A stretch of 64,000 nucleotides of DNA from Prevotellaceae bacterium UBA1720 (GCA_002317475.1 DCIS01000122.1:7881-71880), one strand, 5' to 3'; counted from the first letter of the stretch, positions 30,001 to 37,539 are shown. The notes: generated by a model not told the origin, from the sequence alone. Made by a program: numbers and translations.

Positions 30001-30317
30001 AGTACACCGCTCTGATAGAGGGCAGTACCTACGTTCAGACCCGTCTGTCCACCCCAAGCCAGCATGATGCCGTCAGGACGTTCCTTCTTGATGATCTCGG
30101 TGATGAAATGTGGAGTGATAGGCAGGAAGTAAACCTTATCAGCGATACCCTCGCTGGTCTGGATAGTAGCAATGTTGGGATTCACCAACACGCTGCTGAT
30201 GCCTTCCTCACGCAGCGCCTTCAGCGCCTGTGAACCAGAGTAATCGAACTCGCCAGCCTGGCCAATCTTCAAGGCGCCTGAACCCAATACCAGCACCTTC
30301 TTCAGTTTCTCTTTCAT
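27030..30317 (-). CDS. carB: carbamoyl-phosphate synthase large subunit
   Basis: 1095 aa with duplicated ATP-grasp halves (VLVLGSGALKIGQAGEFDYSG and VIVLGSGAYRIGSSVEFDW) and an MGS-like C-terminus. Confidence 0.97.
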   Translation of the reverse strand: MKEKLKKVLVLGSGALKIGQAGEFDYSGSQALKALREEGISSVLVNPNIATIQTSEGIADKVYFLPITPHFITEIIKKERPDGIMLAWGGQTGLNVGTALYQSGVLKEYGVEVLGTSVEAIMNTEDRDLFVKELNKVDLKVPVSQACENMEDAVAAARKIGYPIMIRSAYALGGLGSGVCPTEEKFKEIAESAFTFAPQVLVEESLKGWKEIEFECIRDANDHCFTVASMENFDPLGIHTGESIVVAPTMSLTKEQVEYLQDISRRCVRHLNIVGECNIQFAFNAQTNDYRIIEINARLSRSSALASKATGYPLAFVAAKIALGYTLDQIGEMGTPNSAYVAPSLDYMICKIPRWDLTKFAGVSRLIGSSMKSVGEIMSIGRSFEEMLQKGLRMIGQGMHGFVGNDHTKFDNLDEELANPTDLRIFAIAQALEEGYSIERIEELTKIDPWFLSRMKHIVDLKHELQAYNSLEEISDEKMREVKGAGFSDFQIARFVLKPEGNMEKANLEVRKERKQRGILPTVRRIETVGGEHPELTNYLYFTYLGEVEPTNADTLTTEEWKARCLKPQAHSIDWYKNEKSVIVLGSGAYRIGSSVEFDWCSVNAINTARKLGYKSIMINYNPETVSTDYDMCDRLYFDELSMERVLDVIDLEQPRGVIVSVGGQIPNNLAMKLHRQGVPVLGTSPVDIDRAENRDKFSAMLDKLGIDQPAWRALTSMDDIKEFVEKVGYPVLVRPSYVLSGAAMNVCYDDEQLERFLGMATEVSKEFPVVVSQFMQDTKEIEFDAVADKGEVVEYAISEHVEYAGVHSGDATMVFPAQNIYFSTVRQIKKIARRIAAELNISGPFNIQFLAKNREVKVIECNLRASRSFPFVSKILKRNFIETATKIMLDAPYSRPEKSEFDIDRIGVKASQFSFNRLSNADPVLGVDMSSTGEVGCMGDDLNEAILNSLIATGYKLPKQNILLSSGGAKAKVQLLEPAQQLVKNGYTIYATGGTAKFLNDNGVDCEVVAWPDEEGQANNVIDMIAEHKFDLIINIPKNQTKRELTNGYRIRRDAIDHNIPLMTNARLAKAFIEAVCAMKLEDIKIKSWQEYNA

Positions 30318-30362
30318 GATCTATTCTGTTTTTAGTTCTATAATTCTCTTATACCTTTTATA

Positions 30363-30398
30363 TATAAAAAAAGACGTGGGGGAAAATAACCACGTCTT
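30363..30398 (-). terminator. rho-independent terminator (minus strand)
   Basis: The minus strand reads AAGACGTGG-ttattttccc-CCACGTCTT followed by TTTTTTTATATA. Confidence 0.75.
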
Positions 30399-30405
30399 CA
30401 ATATA

Positions 30406-30522
30406 TTATATCAATAAGTCAGCAAATGAATGAAAATGGAAAAGGGAAACAGCAACACTACCACCGAGGGATGGGGTGAGCAGGAAGATGCTCTGAGTGC
30501 TTGTGAATTGTTTCTGTTCCAT
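30406..30522 (-). CDS. candidate 38-aa hydrophobic small protein
   Basis: My own translation is ATG..TAA = MEQKQFTSTQSIFLLTPSLGGSVAVSLFHFHSFADLLI. It is preceded by purine-rich AAGGTAAAGAGAAC, and the stop lies 8 nt before the terminator stem. It is below the ORF-track length cutoff. Confidence 0.25.
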   Translation of the reverse strand: MEQKQFTSTQSIFLLTPSLGGSVAVSLFHFHSFADLLI

Positions 30523-30541
30523 GTTCTCTTTACCTTGATTG

Positions 30542-30623
30542 TGAATAACGGGGTCAGACCCCATTGTTCATTTTCGTGTGCATGAATAACGGGGTCAGAC
30601 CCCATTGTTCATTTTCGCGTGCA
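30542..30623. repeat. 29-bp palindromic element, copies 3 and 4, as two tandem 41-bp units
   Basis: TGAATAACGGGGTCAGACCCCATTGTTCATTTTCG(T/C)GTGCA occurs at 30542-30582 and 30583-30623. Confidence 0.9.
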
Positions 30624-30629
30624 AAGTTA
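30622..30629 (-). promoter_or_regulatory. -7 box TAACTTTG with no annotated CDS behind it
   Basis: It points into the palindromic repeats, the small ORF and the terminator at 30363-30398. Confidence 0.35.
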
Positions 30630-30655
30630 CGACATTTATCGGGAATGTGCAAGTA

Positions 30656-31480
30656 CTATCCCAATTTTGTAGCGAGTAAATTTGTAATTTCCACAAACTG
30701 CTGCACGGAGAGTTGTTCGGGACGCTGGTTGAAGATGTCTGCAGAGAGCATCTCGGTAAAGTCCACCTGTGCCTCTCCTGCCTGCTGACGTTGGTTGTTG
30801 AGGTCAGCCAGAAGGGGACGGATATTGTTGCGCAGTGTTTTGCGACGCTGGTTGAAGGTGGTCTTCACCACACGTTTGAACAGCACCTCGTCACAACCCA
30901 GTTCCTTGACATCGTTCCTGGTCATGCGTATCACGGCAGATTTCACCTTTGGTGGAGGATTGAACACATGCTCGTGCACGGTGAAGAGGTACTCCACGTC
31001 ATACCATGCCTGGATGAGGACACTCAGAATGCCGTAAGCCTTACAACCGGGATTAGCGGTGATGCGTTCTGCCACCTCTTTCTGAATCATACCGGTACAG
31101 CAGGGGATGAGGTTCTTGTTGTCCAACATCTTGAAAAAGATCTGACTGGAGATGTTGTAGGGATAGTTGCCGGTAAGGACGAAGGGTTGTCCGTCAAACG
31201 TACGGTCCAGGTGCATCTTCAGGAAATCGTCCTCGATGATGCCCTCCTCCAGGGCGGGAAAATGCTCACGAAGGTAAGCTACAGACTCAAAGTCAATCTC
31301 AACGACTTTCAGCGTACGAGGCTTCTTGACCAGGTACTGTGTCATCACACCCATACCCGGTCCAACCTCCAGCACGGGGATATCGGGACAGGCATCCACG
31401 GTATCTGCAATGGCACTGGCTATGGATAAATCCGTCAAAAAGTGTTGTCCAAGGAACTTTTTTGGCTTAACAGTCTTCAT
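30656..31480 (-). CDS. rsmA: 16S rRNA (adenine1518/1519-N6)-dimethyltransferase
   Basis: Start trimmed to the ATG at 31480 (MKTVKPKKFLGQHFL); the ORF-track start at 31513 is a TTG inside the promoter box. VLEVGPGMG is the SAM motif. Confidence 0.93.
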   Translation of the reverse strand: MKTVKPKKFLGQHFLTDLSIASAIADTVDACPDIPVLEVGPGMGVMTQYLVKKPRTLKVVEIDFESVAYLREHFPALEEGIIEDDFLKMHLDRTFDGQPFVLTGNYPYNISSQIFFKMLDNKNLIPCCTGMIQKEVAERITANPGCKAYGILSVLIQAWYDVEYLFTVHEHVFNPPPKVKSAVIRMTRNDVKELGCDEVLFKRVVKTTFNQRRKTLRNNIRPLLADLNNQRQQAGEAQVDFTEMLSADIFNQRPEQLSVQQFVEITNLLATKLG

Positions 31481-31510
31481 CTTTCCGCTTTTTTTCGTAT
31501 TTTTGCGGTG

Positions 31511-31518
31511 CAAAGGTA
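31511..31518 (-). promoter_or_regulatory. -7 box TACCTTTG
   Basis: 31 nt upstream of the rsmA ATG at 31480. Confidence 0.5.
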
Positions 31519-31608
31519 CGCAGAAAAATTAATAATTAACAATTAATAATGAAAAATTGGTGCCTGAGTAAAACAAAATCATTCAAAACCACGGTAATAC
31601 CATAAGAA

Positions 31609-32610
31609 TTGAAAATCATTGAGAACATAGCGAAAGTACTGATTCCCCTCCTTATTGGTGGTGTCATCCTATGGTGGATGTACCGTGACATTGCCTGGGA
31701 GGATATCAGACAGGAAGTGACGACGGAGATGGACTGGACTTGGATGCTCCTTAGTCTGCCCTTTGGTATCACGGCGCAATTGTTCCGTGCCCTTCGTTGG
31801 CGTCAAGCCCTCGAACCCATGGGTGAAAAGGTACGTCGCCATACCTGTATCAACGCCATCTTCCTCAGTTATGGCAGTTCGTTGGTAGTGCCACGCGTGG
31901 GTGAGTTCCTGCGTTGCGGTGTACTGAAACGCTGGGATGGGGTCAGTTTCTCACGTGGTATTGGTACGGTAGTGACGGAGCGTGTAGTGGATGTGGTGAT
32001 GATCCTCATCCTCAGTGCCATCACGGTGTTGCTGCAGTTGCCCGTGTTCATCCGTATTGCCCGCGAGACGGGTATGTCCATGGATGGTGTGCTGAGCAGT
32101 TTCTCCCTTACGGGCTATCTGGTCACAGCGTTCTGCCTCATACTGATTGGCGGCATGACATGGTGGGCCAGTCGTAAGTTTGACTTCCTGAGCAAGGTGC
32201 ATGGCATGTTCCAGGAACTCAAGACGGGCCTTTTCAGCATCCGTTATATCCGCAAACGCTGGCTCTTCATTGCCTACTCCCTGGGTATCTGGATCAGCTA
32301 TTTCCTGCATTTCTACCTCACGTTCTACTGCTTCACGTATACGGCACATCTCGGGCTCAACGTGGCACTCGTAGCTTTCGTCGTAGGTACGTTTGCCGTA
32401 CTCGTGCCCACGCCCAATGGTGCTGGTCCCTGGCATTTCGCGGTGAAGACGGTACTGATGCTCTATGGCGTCAGTCAGGTCAGCGGAGCCATGTTTGCCC
32501 TCATCGTCCACACCATCCAGACCGCCCTCGTGGCCTTGCTTGGTATCTGGTCGGTGATAGCACTGGCCTTACAGACCCGCCACCCCTTGAAAAGGGATAT
32601 AACCCATTAA
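31609..32610 (+). CDS. flippase-like (UPF0104 / lysyl-PG synthase TM region) membrane protein
   Basis: 333 aa with about 8 TM helices and an RALRWRQAL motif. The only in-frame start that keeps TM1 is the TTG at 31609. Confidence 0.7.
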   Translation: MKIIENIAKVLIPLLIGGVILWWMYRDIAWEDIRQEVTTEMDWTWMLLSLPFGITAQLFRALRWRQALEPMGEKVRRHTCINAIFLSYGSSLVVPRVGEFLRCGVLKRWDGVSFSRGIGTVVTERVVDVVMILILSAITVLLQLPVFIRIARETGMSMDGVLSSFSLTGYLVTAFCLILIGGMTWWASRKFDFLSKVHGMFQELKTGLFSIRYIRKRWLFIAYSLGIWISYFLHFYLTFYCFTYTAHLGLNVALVAFVVGTFAVLVPTPNGAGPWHFAVKTVLMLYGVSQVSGAMFALIVHTIQTALVALLGIWSVIALALQTRHPLKRDITH

Positions 32611-32639
32611 TATCCATTATTTCTAAAACATAAAACACT

Positions 32640-34094
32640 ATGACAATTCAAGAACTTGATCCCCAGATTATCTGGAAGAATTTCTATCTGTTGACACAAG
32701 TACCTCGTCCAAGTGGTCACCTGGAGAAGGTACAGCAGTTCCTGCTCGACTGGGCCAAGGAGCGTGGCATTGAGGCATGGAAGGACAATGCTGAGAACAT
32801 CGTGATGCGCAAGCCCGCCACTCCCGGCTATGAGAATCGTCAGACTGCCGTACTGCAGGCTCACATGGATATGGTGCCTCAGAAGGTGGACGAGAGCAAT
32901 CATAACTTCGAGACCGACCCTATCGAGACCTACATTGATGGTGATTGGGTAAAGGCAAAGGGTACAACCTTAGGTTCGGATGACGGTATGGGTGTAGCTG
33001 CCATGATGGCTGTCTTTGAGAGCAATGACCTCGAGCACGGACCACTGGAGGCCCTCATCACGGCTGACGAGGAGACCTGCATGTATGGTGTGAACAACCT
33101 CTCGGCTGATACCTTGAAGGGTGACATCCTGCTGAACATTGACAATGAGACCATGGGCGAGTTCGTCATCGGTAGTGCTGGTGGTGTGAACATCACTGCT
33201 TCGCTGGGTTACAAGGAGGTGGAGCCCGAGCAGGGTGACGTAGCTATGAAGATTACCTTGAAGGACCTCAAGGGTGGACACTCTGGTCTGGAGATCTGCG
33301 AGGGTCGTGCCAATGCCAATAAGTTGATGGCTCGCGTCGTTCGTCAGGCTATCCAGGATGATGATGCACGTCTCTGTTCATGGCATGGTGGTAACATGCG
33401 CAATGCCATTCCCCGTACCGCTGAGGTAGTGCTGACCATCCCCGCTGAGAACCAGGACGACTTGAAGGAGTTGGTAGACTATTGCCGTGGTGTGTTCCTG
33501 GCTGAGTTCCGTGGTGTTGAGGAGGAGTTGACCCTCACCGTAGAGCCTACAGAGATGCCTAAGGGTCAGATGCCCGAGGAGATTCAGGACAACGTAGTGA
33601 ATGCCATCACGGCTTGTCATGACGGTGTGCTGCGCTATATTCCCAGCATTCCCGAGGTGGTTGAGACCAGCTCTAACCTGGGTATCATCAACATCGCTGA
33701 TGGCGAGGCTACCGTGCTGATCCTGGCACGCTCGAGCAACGAGACCATGATGGAGTACATCCAGGAGATGCAGGAGGCTTGCTTCTCGATGGCTGGCATG
33801 AAGGTGGAGTATGGTGGTCAGTATGGTGCTTGGCAGCCCAACTTCGACAGTCCCATCACCGCTACCATGGTACAGGTGCACAAGGATCTCTTTGGCGAGG
33901 ATGCCAAGGTACAGGTTTGCCACGCAGGCCTCGAGTGCTCTATCATCGGTGGTGTCTATCCCAAGATGGACCTCGTAAGCTTCGGTCCTACCCTTCGTTC
34001 GCCCCACACGCCCAACGAGCGTTGCAATATCCCCTCAGTGGCTAAGTTCTGGGTGTTCCTGAAGGAGTTGCTGAAGAATATACCGGTGAAGTAG
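32640..34094 (+). CDS. pepD: aminoacyl-histidine dipeptidase (M20 family)
   Basis: 484 aa: PRPSGHLEKVQQFLLDWAKERG, HMDMV, TTLGSDDGMGVA, DEETCMYG. Confidence 0.93.
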   Translation: MTIQELDPQIIWKNFYLLTQVPRPSGHLEKVQQFLLDWAKERGIEAWKDNAENIVMRKPATPGYENRQTAVLQAHMDMVPQKVDESNHNFETDPIETYIDGDWVKAKGTTLGSDDGMGVAAMMAVFESNDLEHGPLEALITADEETCMYGVNNLSADTLKGDILLNIDNETMGEFVIGSAGGVNITASLGYKEVEPEQGDVAMKITLKDLKGGHSGLEICEGRANANKLMARVVRQAIQDDDARLCSWHGGNMRNAIPRTAEVVLTIPAENQDDLKELVDYCRGVFLAEFRGVEEELTLTVEPTEMPKGQMPEEIQDNVVNAITACHDGVLRYIPSIPEVVETSSNLGIINIADGEATVLILARSSNETMMEYIQEMQEACFSMAGMKVEYGGQYGAWQPNFDSPITATMVQVHKDLFGEDAKVQVCHAGLECSIIGGVYPKMDLVSFGPTLRSPHTPNERCNIPSVAKFWVFLKELLKNIPVK

Positions 34095-34109
34095 AAGACC
34101 CTCCCCCCG

Positions 34110-34136
34110 CCCTCCCTACCACTTCGTTAGGGAGGG
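34110..34136 (+). terminator. hairpin after pepD
   Basis: CCCTCCCTA-ccacttcgt-TAGGGAGGG forms a perfect 9-bp stem. No clear T-run follows. Confidence 0.4.
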
Positions 34137-34154
34137 AGTAGATACAATTTGACT

Positions 34155-34299
34155 GTAGGAAATTCTAGGTGGTCCTAGGAAATTCTAGGGAATCCTAGAG
34201 AATCCTAGGTAATCCTAGGTGGTCCTAGGTGGTCCTAGGTGGTCCTAGGTAGTCCTAGGTAATCCTAGGGAAATCCTAGAGAATCCTATATAATCCTAA
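34155..34299. repeat. 10-bp phased CTAG array E (about 15 units)
   Basis: CTAG-type cores at 34155, 165, 175 ... 265, then 276, 286, 296. The core units are GGTCCTAGGT and AATCCTAGGT. Confidence 0.95.
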
Positions 34300-34300
34300 C

Positions 34301-34330
34301 AAGGGTACTCACGAGAGTGTGGGTACCCTT
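34301..34330. repeat. GGGTACCC-core hairpin module
   Basis: AAGGGTACTCACGAGAGTGTGGGTACCCTT is related to AAAGGGTACTCACACGGGTACCCTTT at 43289-43314. Confidence 0.7.
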
Positions 34331-34350
34331 ATTATTATAGTAATTATAGT

Positions 34351-34374
34351 AATTTGTTAGTTAGTTAGGTTAGG
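34351..34374. repeat. TTAG-motif copy (F orientation)
   Basis: AATTTGTTAGTTAGTTAGGTTAGG. Confidence 0.9.
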
Positions 34375-34451
34375 TTGTTAGTATGAAATGCACTGAGGGC
34401 TGAGCCTCTTGCGTTGTTAGTATGCAATGCACTGAGGGCTGAGCCTCTTGC
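34374..34451. repeat. 2 x 39-bp tandem direct repeat
   Basis: GTTGTTAGTATG(A/C)AATGCACTGAGGGCTGAGCCTCTTGC occurs twice. A third partial unit, GTTGTTAC, overlaps the stop of the 34456 gene. Confidence 0.9.
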
Positions 34452-34455
34452 GTTG

Positions 34456-36120
34456 TTACTTTGCCCCCATGACTTCGGTGGTTTTCTTCAGATATTTCTC
34501 TGTGAGTTTGATCACCTGGTTACGCGTCTTCTCGGCTTCTTTTGAGAGGTAGCCATACTTTCCAATCAAGGCAAGGTGGTGGTTGTTTTGCTTGTTGAAG
34601 AACTCCAGCAAAGACTTGTAGATCTCTTTTTCCAGTTTGGGTTGTGTGGTCAGACCGTATGTCTTTGCGAGCTTGATGAGTTCCTTGATCTGTTTGTCCA
34701 GTTGCGTGTTCTGCTGGTATATCTGCTTGAAGTAGATGTCCATGCTGCTCCATTTCCTCACTTTGCTGGAGCCATTGAGGATGATGGTCTTCTCGTTTTG
34801 TGTGCCAATCATTTTATACAAGTCCTCAGTGAGGTCTATGTTCTGCCCGACTGCCATGCTCTTCGCCTCTATGGTTGCTTTCTGCTCAGGGGTGAGCTTT
34901 TCGAATGGGTCACTTGATGCACGAGATGCCTCTGGGTCATAAACTATTGCCACATCTCCTTCATCATTTATTGCAACAGTATCAGGAATGTAGACATCGT
35001 CATCAATGTAGACACCGTCATCAATGTAGACACCGTCGGGAACTAAGACTGTATCGGCAATCCAAACGTCCTCATCATACTCATCATACTCGTCATACTC
35101 CTCATCATCCTCATAGCCTCCAGTCAGCTCCACGTCGTCATTCTCATGGCCAAGGAAGAAGCTCCGGTGCGATTTGCGACGTAGGCGTGCCTGGTAGTCG
35201 TTGTCGCCTTCGTAGTAGCCGTTGTGGGTGGTGATGCGGTAGGTCTCACCGGGTATCATGTCGATGTTGGTCCATAGTTTGCAGAGCGAACCATCAGGCA
35301 TCACGGTACGGATACGTCCTGCCATAGGTTTGTCGATGTCTACCGTTACACCAAACTGATGGTTCCTTGACACGGGCATGGGGAGCACGTCGTTGTGCGT
35401 CTTCATGTACTCTTTCAGCACAGAGTATTGGTCGGTCATCATCGACAGTTCGGTCATACGGTCGTAGGTATCAGCCACATAGAAGATGTAGAGCGAGTCG
35501 TTGAGGTCGTAGCCCACACGTCCGTCCAGACGGAAGGTGCTGCTCGAGCTTTCCATGCTCCTCTCGTAGAGGTCAGGGCGGAGCGAGGTGATCTTGTAGA
35601 TATCGCCCTCTACCGTGCCTGTTTCGTCTACTCGTTCCCACACGATGGCGTAGGCATCACGCAGTTGTGGATTATCGGGGTTCTTGCAGCACATGAGCCA
35701 CATCGTCTGCTTGGAATTGGTGCGCAGGTTCAGACGGTTGACTCGCTGAGAATCCTTGGTGGGAACGGTGAGTTGGAACAGGTCCTCCTTGCCTGGAGTG
35801 ATGAGCAGGAACTGGTAGCTCTTGGGCTCGTCCTGTAGAAAACTCTTGCCCACGGCCAGCAGTTCAGGGCTGTTTATACCACACTTGAAGTGGTCGATCT
35901 GCTGACGCGACTCTATGATTCCCGTGTTGGGGTTGCGGTTCACCTCGAAGTGGCGGTTCATGCTGTTTCCGTATTCGAGGTCAATAGCGTTCAGGGCATC
36001 CATCACGTGGATGGGGTATGGACTGTTGTCGGTACTTGCTTTGCGCGTCTTGGGTGTCTGTGCGCTGACTGTGGTTGCGAGGCTGCATGCGATGAGCAGC
36101 AAAAGGAATATTTTTTTCAT
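34456..36120 (-). CDS. secreted protein of unknown function with an acidic D/E/Y-rich repeat region
   Basis: Signal peptide MKKIFLLLLIACSLATTVSAQ, an EDDEEYDEYDEYDED stretch, and three in-frame 18-bp tandem repeats (34989-35042) encoding D(D/G)VYID. It is the last gene of the ECF sigma operon. Confidence 0.7.
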   Translation of the reverse strand: MKKIFLLLLIACSLATTVSAQTPKTRKASTDNSPYPIHVMDALNAIDLEYGNSMNRHFEVNRNPNTGIIESRQQIDHFKCGINSPELLAVGKSFLQDEPKSYQFLLITPGKEDLFQLTVPTKDSQRVNRLNLRTNSKQTMWLMCCKNPDNPQLRDAYAIVWERVDETGTVEGDIYKITSLRPDLYERSMESSSSTFRLDGRVGYDLNDSLYIFYVADTYDRMTELSMMTDQYSVLKEYMKTHNDVLPMPVSRNHQFGVTVDIDKPMAGRIRTVMPDGSLCKLWTNIDMIPGETYRITTHNGYYEGDNDYQARLRRKSHRSFFLGHENDDVELTGGYEDDEEYDEYDEYDEDVWIADTVLVPDGVYIDDGVYIDDDVYIPDTVAINDEGDVAIVYDPEASRASSDPFEKLTPEQKATIEAKSMAVGQNIDLTEDLYKMIGTQNEKTIILNGSSKVRKWSSMDIYFKQIYQQNTQLDKQIKELIKLAKTYGLTTQPKLEKEIYKSLLEFFNKQNNHHLALIGKYGYLSKEAEKTRNQVIKLTEKYLKKTTEVMGAK

Positions 36121-36123
36121 GTC

Positions 36124-36855
36124 TTATTTCTGTGCAGTTTGTTCGATGTTGTATTTTGAGATTTCCAGCTCCAGCTCCATCCACTTCAGGTAGGCCTCGT
36201 TGGCTTGTTTCTTCATGAGTGCCAGTTCCTCCTTGGTGTAGCGGAGGTTCTCGGGACGTGTGATGGGGATATCGCTCTCGCTGAGCAGCAGAGGTTCACG
36301 TTTGGTGAGGACCTCGGGCTGAGGGTCTTGGGATGCAAGGGTTTGATCTGCCTGTAGGGTTGGGGCTTCTACGATCTCCTCTGCCTGGGTGGGAGTAGCC
36401 GCGGTGTTTGTTGCTTCCTCGGCCACGTGCGCCTTCTGCTTTTGGGGTGCAGGGGTGGATGCCTGGGCTATGAGGGTGGGTTGCGCGATGCGACTTGTCG
36501 CATCGAACAGAGGGGTATCTGTGCCTTCTTCCTCCGCTTTCGTGCCTTCTTCCTCCACCTTCGTGCTGTCTGGTTTTACCTCTGCGATTTGCTTCCCTGC
36601 TGGGGTTTCAATGACATTGTCCTTGGGTGGCGTGAGGAAGATGACCAGCACGGCAGCTACGCAGGCTGCGGCTACCCAGGGCCATATCGTCGCGATGCGC
36701 TTACGAGCAGGTTGGTTCACCTCCTTTTCCACGCGCTGCATGAGTCGGGCATTGAGGGTAGGTGGCATCTGAGGACACGCCATCTCCTCCTCGCGGATAG
36801 CCTCCCTAAGGTTGGCATCCTGGTTGAGTAAGTCTTTCAGTTTGTCCTCGTTCAT
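36124..36855 (-). CDS. putative anti-sigma factor (single-pass membrane protein)
   Basis: Its ATGA start overlaps the sigma gene stop. It has a short cytoplasmic N-terminus, one TM (IWPWVAAACVAAVLVIFL) and a low-complexity periplasmic part. The call rests on position and architecture only. Confidence 0.5.
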   Translation of the reverse strand: MNEDKLKDLLNQDANLREAIREEEMACPQMPPTLNARLMQRVEKEVNQPARKRIATIWPWVAAACVAAVLVIFLTPPKDNVIETPAGKQIAEVKPDSTKVEEEGTKAEEEGTDTPLFDATSRIAQPTLIAQASTPAPQKQKAHVAEEATNTAATPTQAEEIVEAPTLQADQTLASQDPQPEVLTKREPLLLSESDIPITRPENLRYTKEELALMKKQANEAYLKWMELELEISKYNIEQTAQK

Positions 36856-37403
36856 GTTCGTAGGGTGTTAATGATTTTACAGAGTTTCTTGCGTGTTCGG
36901 CTGAGCCGTGATGCGATGGTGGTGGGGATGGACTGGGTGACGAAGGCTATCTCCTTGAGGCTCATCTCGTCGTAGTAGAACATCGTGATGATGGCTTGCT
37001 CGTCAGGTGGCAGGTGGTGTATGGCTGCGCGGATGAGTTGTACCACCTCCTGGTTGGGCCGCCCCAGTGTCTCCTCGACCTCTGCCTCCGTGATGGCCTC
37101 GTAGCTGTTGTCGCCATCGTCCAGGTAGATCATCCTCTGCCGCTTTCGCCTGAGGTGTGTGATGCACTCGTTGTAGGCTATGCGCAGGAGCCAGGTCTTG
37201 AAGGTGGAGCGTTCTGCGTCATACGTATTGATGTGCTGGAACACCTTGATGAAGACGTCCTGGTACACCTCCTCGGCATCCTCCACGGGGGAAATCATGC
37301 GTGCCACCTGAGCCCAGACCATACGGCCATATCGCTCCAGCGCCTGCTGTTGTGCCTGTGGACTTTGTTTCCTCAGTCCGGCTATGATTTCCGTTTCTTC
37401 CAT
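36852..37403 (-). CDS. RNA polymerase ECF-type sigma-70 factor
   Basis: 183 aa. Region 2 is DAEEVYQDVFIKVF...FKTWLLRIAYNECI and region 4 is SLKEIAFVTQSIPTTIASRLSRTRKKL. Confidence 0.9.
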   Translation of the reverse strand: MEETEIIAGLRKQSPQAQQQALERYGRMVWAQVARMISPVEDAEEVYQDVFIKVFQHINTYDAERSTFKTWLLRIAYNECITHLRRKRQRMIYLDDGDNSYEAITEAEVEETLGRPNQEVVQLIRAAIHHLPPDEQAIITMFYYDEMSLKEIAFVTQSIPTTIASRLSRTRKKLCKIINTLRT

Positions 37404-37438
37404 CCGTTGTTTTTGAGGTCTTCTATCTGTATATACGA

Positions 37439-37446
37439 CAAAGCTA
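37439..37446 (-). promoter_or_regulatory. -7 box TAGCTTTG
   Basis: 36 nt upstream of the ECF sigma ATG at 37403. Confidence 0.45.
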
Positions 37447-37491
37447 CGCCAAACATTGCACCGTTGGCGAAAAAAACAGAAAAAATATAGT

Positions 37492-37514
37492 AATTTGTTA
37501 GTTAGTTAGGTTAG
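37492..37514. repeat. TTAG-motif copy (F orientation)
   Basis: AATTTGTTAGTTAGTTAGGTTAG lies 45 nt beyond the sigma-gene -7 box. Confidence 0.9.
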
Positions 37515-37539
37515 TTGTGGGTGGGTGTGAAATTTTTAT

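Noticed and set aside
30411-30788. ORFs 30411-30605(-) 64 aa and 30564-30788(+) 74 aa
   Set aside because: Their translations are driven by the palindromic repeats (MNNGVRPH / GSDPVIH). The plus-strand ORF runs antisense into rsmA. Only the separate 38-codon ATG ORF, which ends just before the terminator, was kept as a low-confidence candidate.
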